A stretch of 64,000 nucleotides of DNA from Clostridia bacterium (lineage in GTDB: Bacteria > Bacillota > Clostridia > HGM11514), in NCBI GenBank assembly GCA_045586685.1, contig JAZNAU010000038.1:15904-79903 (forward strand), given 5' to 3'. This document shows positions 8,611 through 17,528 of the stretch, piece by piece. A program made the position numbers and the translations under genes. The notes under the pieces are model-generated. The model was given only the letters and a program-made list of their open reading frames with translations. It was not told where the DNA came from and did no database searches. How positions within the stretch are numbered: position 1 is the stretch's first letter; the number at the start of each line of letters is the position of its first letter.

Positions 8611-8789
8611 ATGTGGTTGACATAACGTAATACCACGAGAGAACAATTCCTCTTAAATTCCCATATTATTTTGGCTTTGTTTCAAGGTTACGGAAACAAA
8701 GAAACAACCACATCCCCCCTCGGGGGGAACAATAGAATCGGTATTGACAGTCGATTCATTAAAAATTATTTGTTAGGAGGAAAGTAAAA
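8611..8789 (+). promoter_or_regulatory. Long structured 5' UTR (~178 nt) of the S-layer gene
   Basis: The 5'-terminal ATGTGGTTG (8611-8619) pairs with CAACCACAT (8705-8713). Inner hairpins are CTTTGTTTC/GAAACAAAG, CCCCC-CTCG-GGGGG (8714-8727) and GAATCG/CGATTC. A strong AGGAGGAAA RBS follows. Confidence 0.6.
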
Positions 8790-11387
8790 ATGTCAAAAGC
8801 AAAAAAAACAATATCCTTTGCAGTAGTCATGATGATGTTGATCAGCATGTTCGTTCCGGTTTCTGCATTTACGGTTGCAGAAGATGTAAAAGGAACCGAA
8901 TATGAAACTACTGCAGCGATCTTAGGCGCATTGAACATTATGGTCGGTGATGCTGAAACCGGCGATTTCAGACCCGAAGATGATATTCTGCGTTCTGAAG
9001 TTGCAACCGTAGCAGTCCGTACTTTGGGACTTGAAAAACTGGCAACAAGCTTTGCTAACAAAAAAGTGTTTGAAGACGTTGTAGAAGGCCACTGGGGTAA
9101 TGGTTATATTAACGTAGCGGCTTCTCAAAAGCTGGTAGTTGGTGACGACGGTATCCACTTCCGTCCGGATGACAAGATCACTGTGGAAGAAGCCTCTGTT
9201 ATCTTTACAAAGCTGCTTGGTTATGAAAACAAAGCAGAAGCTTCTGGCGGATTCCCAACCGGATATATGATTACAGCCAACTCCATCGGTCTGTTTGACG
9301 GCATCAAGGGTGCAGAAGGCAATGCAACCCGTGGTCTGATTGCCCACATGGCCGAAAACGCACTGGAAATTAAAATGATGGAGCAAACAGGTTTTGGTAG
9401 CATCCCTACCTTTGAAGTAGTAGATAAAACAGTTCTGAACGATGTCCTGAACGTAACCAAGGAATACGGTCAGATTACTGCAAACATGTTCACCAGACTG
9501 AATGGTGCAAGCTCTTCTTTGAAAAATAATCAGGTTGAAATCAACGAATCTGTTTACACTGACCTGACTGGTACAGCAACCTCTTTGTTGGGATACGAAG
9601 TCATGTACCTGCACCGCAACAACAAAACCACAGGGGATAAAGAAATCCTTCTGGCTCTCCCAGATAAAACCGCTATGTCCGAACTGACAATCGAAGGAGA
9701 AAATGTTGTAGCAATCACTGGTGATACTGTCCGCAAAGTGGAATACTGGGAAAACAAAGACACCGATAAAAAGACTCAGAATGTAAGCATTGCACAAAAT
9801 GCTGTCATGATTTACAATGGTGTATACACCACCTTTGATTCCACTCTGATAAAGCCTGAAAGCGGATTTATTTCCGGAGTGATTCATCTGATTGACTCTG
9901 ACAGAGATGACATTTATGACGTAGTAAATGTTGCGGCTTACGAAAACTATGTAGTAGAAGACACCTCTGTTGTAAGCTACAAGATTTTTGACAAATATGA
10001 AAAATCTCCTTTGACCTTGGACCCCAACGACAAAACTATTAAATTCACTCTGACCAAGGACGGAGCAAACTACAAGTTTGAAGACCTGAAAGAATGGGAT
10101 GTTTTGTCTGTAGCAAAAAGTCTGGACGGTACCGCACTTCATGTTATGGTATCTCATAATTCCGTAGAAGGTACTGTTACCGAACTTTCTAAAAACTATG
10201 TGTATATTGACGGCGTAAAATATAAGGTAGCCGATAATTACACCAAGACCATTCAGTTAGACGATCAGGGTATATTCTACCTGGATCATTACAACAGAAT
10301 CGCTGCAGTAGACAGCAAGACCAGATTTGCTGACCAGTATGCATACCTGTATGACGCATACTCCACCACTGCAGGAAGAAATGCAACCTTCATTATGCTC
10401 ACCGCAAAGGGTGAAAAAGTAGAACTTAAGGGTGCAGAGAAAATGACCTTGAACGGTAAATCCGGTTTAAAACCCTCTGATGTAATGGCCGAAATCACAG
10501 ATGGTGAAGGAAATATTATTGCCCAGGTTGTTACCTTTGAAACAAACGAAACAGGAGAATTGAGAGTACTGGCAACTGCAAGCGACCTGACTGACGGCAC
10601 CATCAATGATAAGGTGTTTGGTAAAAACGCAGTATTAACCGAAGCTGAATATCGTGCAAACGTAACAAAGCTTGGTAAGTATAACGTTGCTGAATCCACC
10701 ATTATCTTTGATATTCCTGCCAACAGCGAAAACTCTGCCTCTTATGTAGTTCGTAACAGATCCATGTTGGTTGACCAGAATAAGTATGATGCAATTCTTT
10801 ACGATGTACAGGACGACCTGACAGCAAAAGTAATGGTAATCACAAATTCCGACGGTATTATCAGCGGCGAATCTTCTCTGGCAGTAGTTGACTTTATTGC
10901 TACCACTCAGAATGCAGAAAAAATTACCGTTGACAAGCTGTATGCATTCCAAAACGGAAAGCAGATTGAAATCAACGGAACCGACGCAAACTTCTTTGTA
11001 GACGGTGAAGGAAACGCATTGAAACAGGGTGATATTATCCGTTTCAAAACCAATGCCAAAGGCGAAGTTGATGATTTTGAAATTCTGTTCCAGGTAGCCA
11101 ACAAGGCAACAGAAGCAATCAAAGAACTTGATAAAGACACTTACACTGTATATGGTAAGGTAGACCGCAAGTTTGCAAACTCCATCAACGTGTCTGTAAA
11201 CGGTGAAAACACTGCAAACTATGCAATCGACAACGCAATCGTTTACGACTACGATTCTGCTAAGGTGGAAAATCAGATTACCGTAGTAACCGCAGCAGAC
11301 ATTCAGAAATACGACGAAGCTGATGCAAAGCGCGTATTCATGAAGGTTTATAAGAATCAGGTTACTGAAATTGTAATTGTAAAATAG
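8790..11387 (+). CDS. SLH-domain protein, probable major S-layer protein (865 aa)
   Basis: Signal peptide and three N-terminal SLH repeats (YETTAAILGALNIMVGD..., FEDVVEGHWGNGYINVAASQKLVVGD...). The rest is a long beta-rich body, bounded by a strong RBS and terminator. Confidence 0.85.
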   Translation: MSKAKKTISFAVVMMMLISMFVPVSAFTVAEDVKGTEYETTAAILGALNIMVGDAETGDFRPEDDILRSEVATVAVRTLGLEKLATSFANKKVFEDVVEGHWGNGYINVAASQKLVVGDDGIHFRPDDKITVEEASVIFTKLLGYENKAEASGGFPTGYMITANSIGLFDGIKGAEGNATRGLIAHMAENALEIKMMEQTGFGSIPTFEVVDKTVLNDVLNVTKEYGQITANMFTRLNGASSSLKNNQVEINESVYTDLTGTATSLLGYEVMYLHRNNKTTGDKEILLALPDKTAMSELTIEGENVVAITGDTVRKVEYWENKDTDKKTQNVSIAQNAVMIYNGVYTTFDSTLIKPESGFISGVIHLIDSDRDDIYDVVNVAAYENYVVEDTSVVSYKIFDKYEKSPLTLDPNDKTIKFTLTKDGANYKFEDLKEWDVLSVAKSLDGTALHVMVSHNSVEGTVTELSKNYVYIDGVKYKVADNYTKTIQLDDQGIFYLDHYNRIAAVDSKTRFADQYAYLYDAYSTTAGRNATFIMLTAKGEKVELKGAEKMTLNGKSGLKPSDVMAEITDGEGNIIAQVVTFETNETGELRVLATASDLTDGTINDKVFGKNAVLTEAEYRANVTKLGKYNVAESTIIFDIPANSENSASYVVRNRSMLVDQNKYDAILYDVQDDLTAKVMVITNSDGIISGESSLAVVDFIATTQNAEKITVDKLYAFQNGKQIEINGTDANFFVDGEGNALKQGDIIRFKTNAKGEVDDFEILFQVANKATEAIKELDKDTYTVYGKVDRKFANSINVSVNGENTANYAIDNAIVYDYDSAKVENQITVVTAADIQKYDEADAKRVFMKVYKNQVTEIVIVK

Positions 11388-11426
11388 TCTGAAAAAAGAG
11401 TCTGACCTAACTCTCAAACTACTGAC

Positions 11427-11457
11427 AAACCCGCCACAAAAATGGCGGGTTTGTTTA
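11427..11457 (+). terminator. Terminator of the S-layer gene
   Basis: AAACCCGCCA-loop-TGGCGGGTTT followed by a T-run. Confidence 0.85.
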
Positions 11458-11477
11458 TCATTTTAATGAATAACATC

Positions 11478-11506
11478 TTGACTTTTGATCTTGTTTATGG
11501 TATAAT
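11478..11506 (+). promoter_or_regulatory. Promoter of tRNA-Val(GAC)
   Basis: TTGACT-17 nt-TATAAT with an extended -10 (TGG). Confidence 0.75.
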
Positions 11507-11518
11507 AAAATCTGTTAT

Positions 11519-11595
11519 GGGGGTATAGCTCAGTTGGTTAGAGTGCTTGCTTGACATGCAAGAGGTCGCAGATTCGAGCTCTGCTATCCCCACCA
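11519..11595 (+). tRNA. tRNA-Val (anticodon GAC), CCA encoded
   Basis: Cloverleaf folded by hand: acceptor GGGGGTA/TATCCCC, anticodon loop TTGACAT, T-loop TTCGAGC. Confidence 0.9.
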
Positions 11596-11600
11596 CCTTT

Positions 11601-11642
11601 AAAGAGGTTGCTGCAAACCATTTTGCAGCAACCTCTTTTTTT
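11601..11642. terminator. Bidirectional terminator (tRNA-Val on +, M15 peptidase on -)
   Basis: 14-bp stem GAGGTTGCTGCAAA / TTTGCAGCAACCTC flanked by A-run and T-run. Confidence 0.85.
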
Positions 11643-11655
11643 CTTCATTGTTCCA

Positions 11656-13158
11656 TCATTCAAATGTTCCATATCGTCCCACATATTCTTCCAGTGTTCC
11701 AATGTTGTTTTCCTTCATTTTCATGGAATGTTCTTTTCCAATATATCGGATATGCCACGGCTCGTCCATATACCCTGTTACATTCTGCCATGCCTTGGTA
11801 TAACGAACGATAAATCCATATTCATGGCAATGATTTTTCACCCAGTTATATTGTGGACTCCCGGAATAACCATACACATCTATGGCCAGACCTGTATGAT
11901 GCTCGCTTAACCCCGGACGAGCACTGTAGGTATCCACATTAGCACGGGAATCTCCTGCCAAATAACCGTTATACAAATTTCTTTGGTATTGTACAGAACG
12001 ATATCCTGAAATAGCGCTCAAAGCAACGCCTTGTGTGGCTGCTGCTCGTTTCATTTCATCAAAAGCGTCCGCTGTCTCGGCACGAAGCACACAACCATCT
12101 GAATTTTTCTTTAAATCTCCAGGGACATAATCATCAGGAATTTTATGATACTTATTTACAATTACAAGTGGGTCCTGATTCAGTTTATCATGACCTATCA
12201 CAACATAATCCTCATATTCCCTCAAATCAAGGCGGGCATTCACACGCCAAATCACATCCTTGGCGTAATAGCCTGTCCTTTCCTGATAAGCCTGATAACG
12301 GTCTTCGTTCTCCTCACAGTATCCCGCACTTTTCCAATATTCCTTTGGTGCTGTTTTCTCCGTTGCAGAAAGCAGAGATACCAAATTGGAAGAAGGAGAA
12401 TACGAAGCTCTTACAATCATTTCGCCATCGGCAGTAGTTATCATTTCCCCTATAAAGGCGTGCTGCAAAACGGAAAAGGAAATAGATTCATTGTATCTCG
12501 TATAGGTTTGATTCGTAAACAAAGAAACATTTTCACCAAAAGATTTTGCCGTTGCTTCTTCCACCTCTTGCATCAATTCCCTATAGTTTTCCTCATCCAT
12601 TTTATAATAATCAGTCAAATTATCTTCGCTCTCTTTTCCAAATGAAAGGAGATGATCTTTATATTTTTCTTTTACAAAGCTCCGTAAATCAATATAACCG
12701 CTTTCGGGAGTATAAATAATTGCCATTTTTGTTCCATCTGCACTGTTTTCGTAATAATCGACCGTACAGTCAAAGAGTTCTGCAACAAAACGCAAAGGAA
12801 CATATGTATAGTCATAAACAACTAAAGGGGCAACATCAATTTGATAACATCGTTCATTTCCGTTTTGTTCTGTAAACACAAAACGATTCCCGATAAACAA
12901 CTGTACTCTCTTTTCGTCACTATCAATCAAAACAGACTTTTCTTCTGCATTCCAGGTAATTGTCGCACCCATTTCTTCAAAAACGCTGCGCAGAGAAACC
13001 ATAGTTCTTCCTTCCATAACAAAGGGTTTTGGGTCGCTTTTTATTTTCCTGTCATCTATCATAACAACTATTTCTGCTTGATCCGTCGCCTCCGCCCTTT
13101 GTATGAATGGCGCACATATCAGAATCAGTGCTAAAACGACGCCAAAATATTTCTTCAT
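11656..13158 (-). CDS. M15-family D-alanyl-D-alanine carboxypeptidase (VanY-like) with an N-terminal copper-amine-oxidase-like stalk domain
   Basis: Signal peptide is present. VMIDDRKIKSDPKPFVMEGRTMVSLRSVFEEMGATITW matches the Cu-amine-oxidase N-terminal-like domain. C-terminal SGYRSVQYQ, SEHHTGLAIDV and EPWHIRYIG are VanY/M15 zinc-site motifs. Confidence 0.82.
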   Translation of the reverse strand: MKKYFGVVLALILICAPFIQRAEATDQAEIVVMIDDRKIKSDPKPFVMEGRTMVSLRSVFEEMGATITWNAEEKSVLIDSDEKRVQLFIGNRFVFTEQNGNERCYQIDVAPLVVYDYTYVPLRFVAELFDCTVDYYENSADGTKMAIIYTPESGYIDLRSFVKEKYKDHLLSFGKESEDNLTDYYKMDEENYRELMQEVEEATAKSFGENVSLFTNQTYTRYNESISFSVLQHAFIGEMITTADGEMIVRASYSPSSNLVSLLSATEKTAPKEYWKSAGYCEENEDRYQAYQERTGYYAKDVIWRVNARLDLREYEDYVVIGHDKLNQDPLVIVNKYHKIPDDYVPGDLKKNSDGCVLRAETADAFDEMKRAAATQGVALSAISGYRSVQYQRNLYNGYLAGDSRANVDTYSARPGLSEHHTGLAIDVYGYSGSPQYNWVKNHCHEYGFIVRYTKAWQNVTGYMDEPWHIRYIGKEHSMKMKENNIGTLEEYVGRYGTFE

Positions 13159-13270
13159 ATTATTTGTTCCTCCTTTATTCCAACGGGTTATTCACAAAAA
13201 GACAACAGCACCTTTCCTTTGTGTTCGCTGTTTCCGTTCCGTTTTAGGCAAAGTTTTTTACCATAATCAA

Positions 13271-13299
13271 ATTATAACATATTTCATACAATTCGTCAA
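13271..13299 (-). promoter_or_regulatory. Promoter of the M15 peptidase gene
   Basis: TTGACG-17 nt-TATAAT with a TGT extended -10, on the minus strand. Confidence 0.6.
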
Positions 13300-13389
13300 A
13301 TGTCATAAAACCTTATTTATCTAATTTTTTGTATCGATATAATGTTAATTCATTTTTTTGAAAAAATATATTTATTTTTCAAAAAATGC

Positions 13390-13418
13390 TTGACATATTT
13401 AAAAAGTTCTGCTATAAT
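13390..13418 (+). promoter_or_regulatory. Promoter of tRNA-Val(TAC)
   Basis: Exact consensus TTGACA-17 nt-TATAAT. An AT-rich inverted repeat (13352-13388) lies just upstream. Confidence 0.8.
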
Positions 13419-13436
13419 AATATATGTTGTTGAAAC

Positions 13437-13512
13437 GGGCGCATAGCTCAGCTGGGAGAGCATCTGCCTTACAAGCAGAGGGTCACAGGTTCGAGCCCTG
13501 TTGTGCCCACCA
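13437..13512 (+). tRNA. tRNA-Val (anticodon TAC), CCA encoded
   Basis: Acceptor GGGCGCA/TGTGCCC, anticodon loop CTTACAA, T-loop TTCGAGC. Confidence 0.9.
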
Positions 13513-13541
13513 AAAAGGACTTGCAAATGCAAGTCCTTTTT
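13513..13541. terminator. Terminator after tRNA-Val(TAC); also 3' of the PqqD-like gene
   Basis: AAGGACTTGCA-AAT-TGCAAGTCCTT followed by a T-run. Confidence 0.85.
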
Positions 13542-13544
13542 CCT

Positions 13545-13886
13545 TTATTTATTCCACATCAAAAAATGATAGCTGTCCAAAATCTGAACATATTTTGCAA
13601 GACGTTCATATAAAGGATGTGCTTTTTCTCCAAATTGTTCTTCCACTTCTTTTCCTAAATCAATCAAGCTTTTTGTTCCGTCAAACCGTTGCCATAAAAA
13701 ACTGCCCAGTTCATCCATATGAATATAGCTTATTTTTGGTTTTCTAAAGAGTTTTTGAGCGATTAGGTTCATAAATCCCTTGTTTTCAATGGCAAGGGTA
13801 ACAATCCCTGCCTCATCTGCAGTCCAGTCAAGACCATTTGCCCGACAAGGGCGGCGTTCAAGATAATTTCCCTCTTTCATCTTCAT
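13545..13886 (-). CDS. PqqD-family (RRE-like) small protein, 113 aa
   Basis: IHMDELGSFLWQRFDGTKSLIDLGKEVEEQFGEKAHPLYERLAKYVQILDSYHFL fits the PqqD winged-helix pattern. Its start lies 3 nt after the OPT stop. Confidence 0.7.
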   Translation of the reverse strand: MKMKEGNYLERRPCRANGLDWTADEAGIVTLAIENKGFMNLIAQKLFRKPKISYIHMDELGSFLWQRFDGTKSLIDLGKEVEEQFGEKAHPLYERLAKYVQILDSYHFLMWNK

Positions 13887-13889
13887 TGT

Positions 13890-15788
13890 TTAGCTTCTTT
13901 TCTTCCAAAGGGAAAATTTCAATACGCTCAAGATAATCAACCCAAATACCACCAGACTTCCAATATTAGAAACAAAAGTCGGAACAAGTCCGGACAGGTT
14001 GATTGCCTTATCGATACCGAATACTGCAAACAATGCAAGCAGGATTCCCACTAATCCTTCTCCGGCAATCATACCGGAACAGAACAAAATGCCGTCATTT
14101 ACAATCACTTTCTTTTCTTCTTCCTTACGTTTCATCTTATCTAATGCCAACCGAACCAATCCGCCAACCATAATGCATGCATTCAACTGTACAGGCAGAT
14201 AAACGCCGATTGCAAAGGGAAGAACAGGAATACCAACAACTTCTGCAACAACAGCGATAAACACGCCGATAAATACCAATCCCCAAGGCAGATTGCCTTC
14301 CATAACGCCTTCTACAATCATTTTCATCAAAGTTGCCTGAGGAGCTGCCAGTTCTGCACTGCCAAAGCCCCATGCACTATCCAACAGATACAATGTTCCC
14401 CCGATTGCCAAAGCTGCTGCAACAACACCAATCACTTCGCCAATCTGTTGTTTCTTAGGGGTGGCACCCAGCAAGTAACCGGTCTTTAAATCCTGAGAGG
14501 TATCACCGGAAATTGCCGAAACAATACAAATAATAGAACCAATAGCAATGGCACTTGCCATGCCAACTGTACCGGCACTTCCTGTCAATTTCAGAAGCAA
14601 GGTTGCAATCAGCAAGGTTGCGATTGCCATACCGGAAACAGGGTTGTTACTGCTTCCAACCAAACCTACCATACGGGAGGAAACAGTTGCAAAAAAGAAA
14701 CCAAAAACAACAACAATCACTGCCCCCAGCAAGGTTACAGGAATTGCAGGAACCAACCATACCAGTAAGGTCAGGATAACAAGGGCAATCAAAACAATTG
14801 TCATACTCAAATCCTGAGCTGTACGCAAATTACTGCTTGACTTACTGCCTGCAACACTCTTCATAGCACCTGCAAAGGTGGTGATAATCAAAGGTAAAGA
14901 TTTAATCAGACTGATAATTCCCCCTGCCGCCAGAGCACCGGCACCAAGATATCTGATATAAGAACCCCATATTGCACCTGCTCCACCATCAGCATACATT
15001 TGTCCGATGGAAGCTGTGCCGGGATAAAGCACAATTTCTGCACCAAATAATACAATCAAAGGAATCAGGACTAACCAGCTTAATACACCGCCGGCGAACA
15101 TATAAGAAGAAATTCTTGGTCCGCAAATATAGCCAACGCTCATAACAGCGGGATATATCTGAGTTCCAATTTCACCGGCAAAGCCCTTTACCGAAGCAGA
15201 TACTTCCCCGGCAACCAATTTCAAACCATCAATGATAAACTTAAAAACAGCGGCAAACCCCATACCTGCAAACACTGTTGATGCATTCGCTCCGCCTTTT
15301 TCCCCTGCTAAAAGAACCTCAGCACAAGCTGTTCCTTCCGGATAAGGAAGAACCCCGTGTTCTTTCACAATCAAAGCATTCCTCAAAGGAACCATAAAAA
15401 ACACACCAAGCAAACCGCCAAGAAGTGCAATCAAGGTAATTTCCATAATCCCCGGCTTGTCCATCACGCCGTCCTTTGCCCACAGAAACAATGCAGGAAG
15501 CGTAAAAATCGCACCGGCTGCCAAGGATTCTCCAGCAGAACCGACCGTCTGAACAATGTTACTTTCTAAGATGGAGTTTTTCCGCATAATCACACGGATA
15601 ACTCCCATTGCAATTACCGCAGCAGGAATAGATGCCGAAACGGTCATTCCTACTCTCAATCCCAGATAGGCATTTGCTGCACCAAATACCACAGCCAAAA
15701 TAATCCCCATAATAATTGATGTTACAGTAATTTCGGGAGTAATTTTTTCTGCCGGGATATAAGGTTTAAAATTATTATGCTGTTCCAT
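13890..15788 (-). CDS. OPT-family oligopeptide transporter
   Basis: ~630 aa polytopic membrane protein with a Gly-rich multi-TM pattern typical of OPT. The start MEQHNNFKPYIP has a GGAGAAGG RBS; the TTG at 15815 in the track falls inside the leader hairpin. Confidence 0.82.
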   Translation of the reverse strand: MEQHNNFKPYIPAEKITPEITVTSIIMGIILAVVFGAANAYLGLRVGMTVSASIPAAVIAMGVIRVIMRKNSILESNIVQTVGSAGESLAAGAIFTLPALFLWAKDGVMDKPGIMEITLIALLGGLLGVFFMVPLRNALIVKEHGVLPYPEGTACAEVLLAGEKGGANASTVFAGMGFAAVFKFIIDGLKLVAGEVSASVKGFAGEIGTQIYPAVMSVGYICGPRISSYMFAGGVLSWLVLIPLIVLFGAEIVLYPGTASIGQMYADGGAGAIWGSYIRYLGAGALAAGGIISLIKSLPLIITTFAGAMKSVAGSKSSSNLRTAQDLSMTIVLIALVILTLLVWLVPAIPVTLLGAVIVVVFGFFFATVSSRMVGLVGSSNNPVSGMAIATLLIATLLLKLTGSAGTVGMASAIAIGSIICIVSAISGDTSQDLKTGYLLGATPKKQQIGEVIGVVAAALAIGGTLYLLDSAWGFGSAELAAPQATLMKMIVEGVMEGNLPWGLVFIGVFIAVVAEVVGIPVLPFAIGVYLPVQLNACIMVGGLVRLALDKMKRKEEEKKVIVNDGILFCSGMIAGEGLVGILLALFAVFGIDKAINLSGLVPTFVSNIGSLVVFGLIILSVLKFSLWKKRS

Positions 15789-15838
15789 AAACCTTCTCCG
15801 TTTCCGCCGTATCAATACGGCATATTTTATACCAATTC

Positions 15839-15867
15839 ATTATACCATAGGTCGACAAAAATTTCAA
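15839..15867 (-). promoter_or_regulatory. Promoter of the OPT/PqqD-like operon
   Basis: TTGAAA-17 nt-TATAAT with a TGG extended -10. The leader hairpin is GCCGTA-TTGA-TACGGC. Confidence 0.7.
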
Positions 15868-15881
15868 TAACAAAATAATTC

Positions 15882-16328
15882 CTATAACAATTTTTCTAGC
15901 AATCCGGTACAACCCCGAACAATATCATCATAGGTCACATAAAAATTTCCGGTATACCAAGGATCTGCAATATCCCCGCCCTCTGCAAAATCCAATAATT
16001 TGCATACTTTGTTATCCTTATCTTCCCCAATAATACGAAGAATATTTCTTACATTCATGGAATCCATGGCAATCAAGTAATCATATTCCTGGTAATCAGC
16101 TTTCGTCAGTTGAACAGCGTATTTCCCCGCTGTTGAAATTCCCACCTCTGCCAATTTTTCTCTTGTTCCGTAATGAACAGGATTTCCCAGTTCTTCACGA
16201 CTGGTAGCAGAAGATGCAATTTGAAAGGAATCCTCCACCCGTTTCTTTTTCACCATATCTTTTAATACAAACTCAGCCATAGGGCTTCTGCAAATATTTC
16301 CATGGCAAACAAACATTATTTTTATCAT
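15882..16328 (-). CDS. Low-molecular-weight protein-tyrosine phosphatase
   Basis: N-terminal CHGNICRS P-loop (CX5R) and C-terminal DPWYTG. Confidence 0.88.
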   Translation of the reverse strand: MIKIMFVCHGNICRSPMAEFVLKDMVKKKRVEDSFQIASSATSREELGNPVHYGTREKLAEVGISTAGKYAVQLTKADYQEYDYLIAMDSMNVRNILRIIGEDKDNKVCKLLDFAEGGDIADPWYTGNFYVTYDDIVRGCTGLLEKLL

Positions 16329-16338
16329 CGTTTCCTCC

Positions 16339-16371
16339 GAAAAAAACCGATGCAGATTTTCCGCATCGGTT
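16339..16371 (-). terminator. Terminator of ilvE
   Basis: AACCGATGC / GCATCGGTT stem followed by a T-run on the minus strand. Confidence 0.8.
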
Positions 16372-16382
16372 GATTGGTTTTC

Positions 16383-17408
16383 TTATTTAATAACTTTAAT
16401 CCAGCCTTCCGGTGCCTGTAAACGCCCCATCTGAATACCGGTCAGAGTATCGTACAACTTCTTGGTTACAGGACCCATCTCGGTCATACCGCTGGGCAAA
16501 CAAATTTCTTTCCCGTGATCCACAATCTTACCAACAGGCGAAATAACAGCTGCAGTTCCGCACAGACCACATTCTGCCATATCATATACTTCTTCTAATG
16601 CGATAGGCCGTTCTTCCACCTCCAGACCTAAATAGTCTTTTGCAACAATCATCAAAGAACGTCTGGTAATAGAAGGCAGGATGCTATCAGATTTAGGTGT
16701 CACAATCTTATTATCCTTAGTAACAAAAATAAAGTTTGCACCGCCTGTTTCTTCAACATAAGTATGGGTTGCAGCATCCAGATACATATTTTCATCAAAG
16801 CCCTTGTTATGAGCATCCACAATAGCATGCAAGCTCATTGCATAGTTAAGACCTGCTTTTACATGGCCTGTTCCGTTAGGAGCTGCACGGTCAAAATCAC
16901 TGACACGGATAGTAAGAGGTTTCACACCGCCTTTAAAATATGGACCAACAGGCGTTGCCAGAATTCTAAACTGAAATTCATCTGCCGGTTTTACACCGAT
17001 TACAGGATTGGTTCCAAACATAAAGGGACGTAGGTAAAGGGTTGCACCGCTTCCGTAAGGAGGAACAAAATCCTCGTTTGCTTCTACGGTTTTTACTACA
17101 GCTTCAACAAATTTATCTTCAGGAAAAACTGGCATTTCCAATCTTTTTGCAGATGCCGCCATACGCTCTGCATTCAAGTCAGGGCGAAACACAACAATAT
17201 TCCCCTTTTCCGTTGTATAGGCTTTCAAGCCTTCAAAACAGGTTTGGGCATACTGCAATACACAGGCACATTCATTTAATACAATGTTGTTGTCATCACT
17301 TAATACGCCTTCATCCCATGCACCGTCTTTAAATTCCGATACATAGCGTTTATCCGTTTTTATATAGCCAAATCCAAGGCTTCCCCAATCAATATCCTTT
17401 TTTGCCAT
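16383..17408 (-). CDS. ilvE: Branched-chain amino acid aminotransferase
   Basis: Class IV aminotransferase, 341 aa: FEGLKAY, LYLRPF, GTGHVKAGLNY. Confidence 0.9.
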   Translation of the reverse strand: MAKKDIDWGSLGFGYIKTDKRYVSEFKDGAWDEGVLSDDNNIVLNECACVLQYAQTCFEGLKAYTTEKGNIVVFRPDLNAERMAASAKRLEMPVFPEDKFVEAVVKTVEANEDFVPPYGSGATLYLRPFMFGTNPVIGVKPADEFQFRILATPVGPYFKGGVKPLTIRVSDFDRAAPNGTGHVKAGLNYAMSLHAIVDAHNKGFDENMYLDAATHTYVEETGGANFIFVTKDNKIVTPKSDSILPSITRRSLMIVAKDYLGLEVEERPIALEEVYDMAECGLCGTAAVISPVGKIVDHGKEICLPSGMTEMGPVTKKLYDTLTGIQMGRLQAPEGWIKVIK

Positions 17409-17445
17409 TTTGATTCATCCTCTCTGTAAAACATTTATTTAATTC

Positions 17446-17474
17446 ATTATATCATAAAAAAATTTGAATTACAA
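17446..17474 (-). promoter_or_regulatory. Promoter of ilvE
   Basis: TTGTAA-17 nt-TATAAT on the minus strand. Confidence 0.6.
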
Positions 17475-17528
17475 TAGTTTTTCTGAGAAAAAAGAAATTC
17501 CTGACAGATTCTCTATCAGAAATTCTCG

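Noticed and set aside
8556-8713. Possible invertible (cwpV-like) promoter switch upstream of the S-layer gene.
   Set aside because: The inverted repeats are only 7-9 bp. The 9-bp pair starts exactly at the predicted transcript 5' end, which fits an RNA stem. No site-specific recombinase is adjacent.
8922-10157. 411-aa ORF antisense to the 865-aa SLH gene.
   Set aside because: It lies entirely inside a well-supported CDS on the other strand. The translation is low-complexity and Cys/Phe/Val-rich with no motifs, RBS or promoter. It is a typical stop-poor antisense frame of an AT-biased, highly expressed gene.
10635-11417. 260-aa antisense ORF at the 3' end of the SLH gene.
   Set aside because: The reasoning is the same as for 8922..10157. 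It also runs across the SLH gene stop without any start signals.
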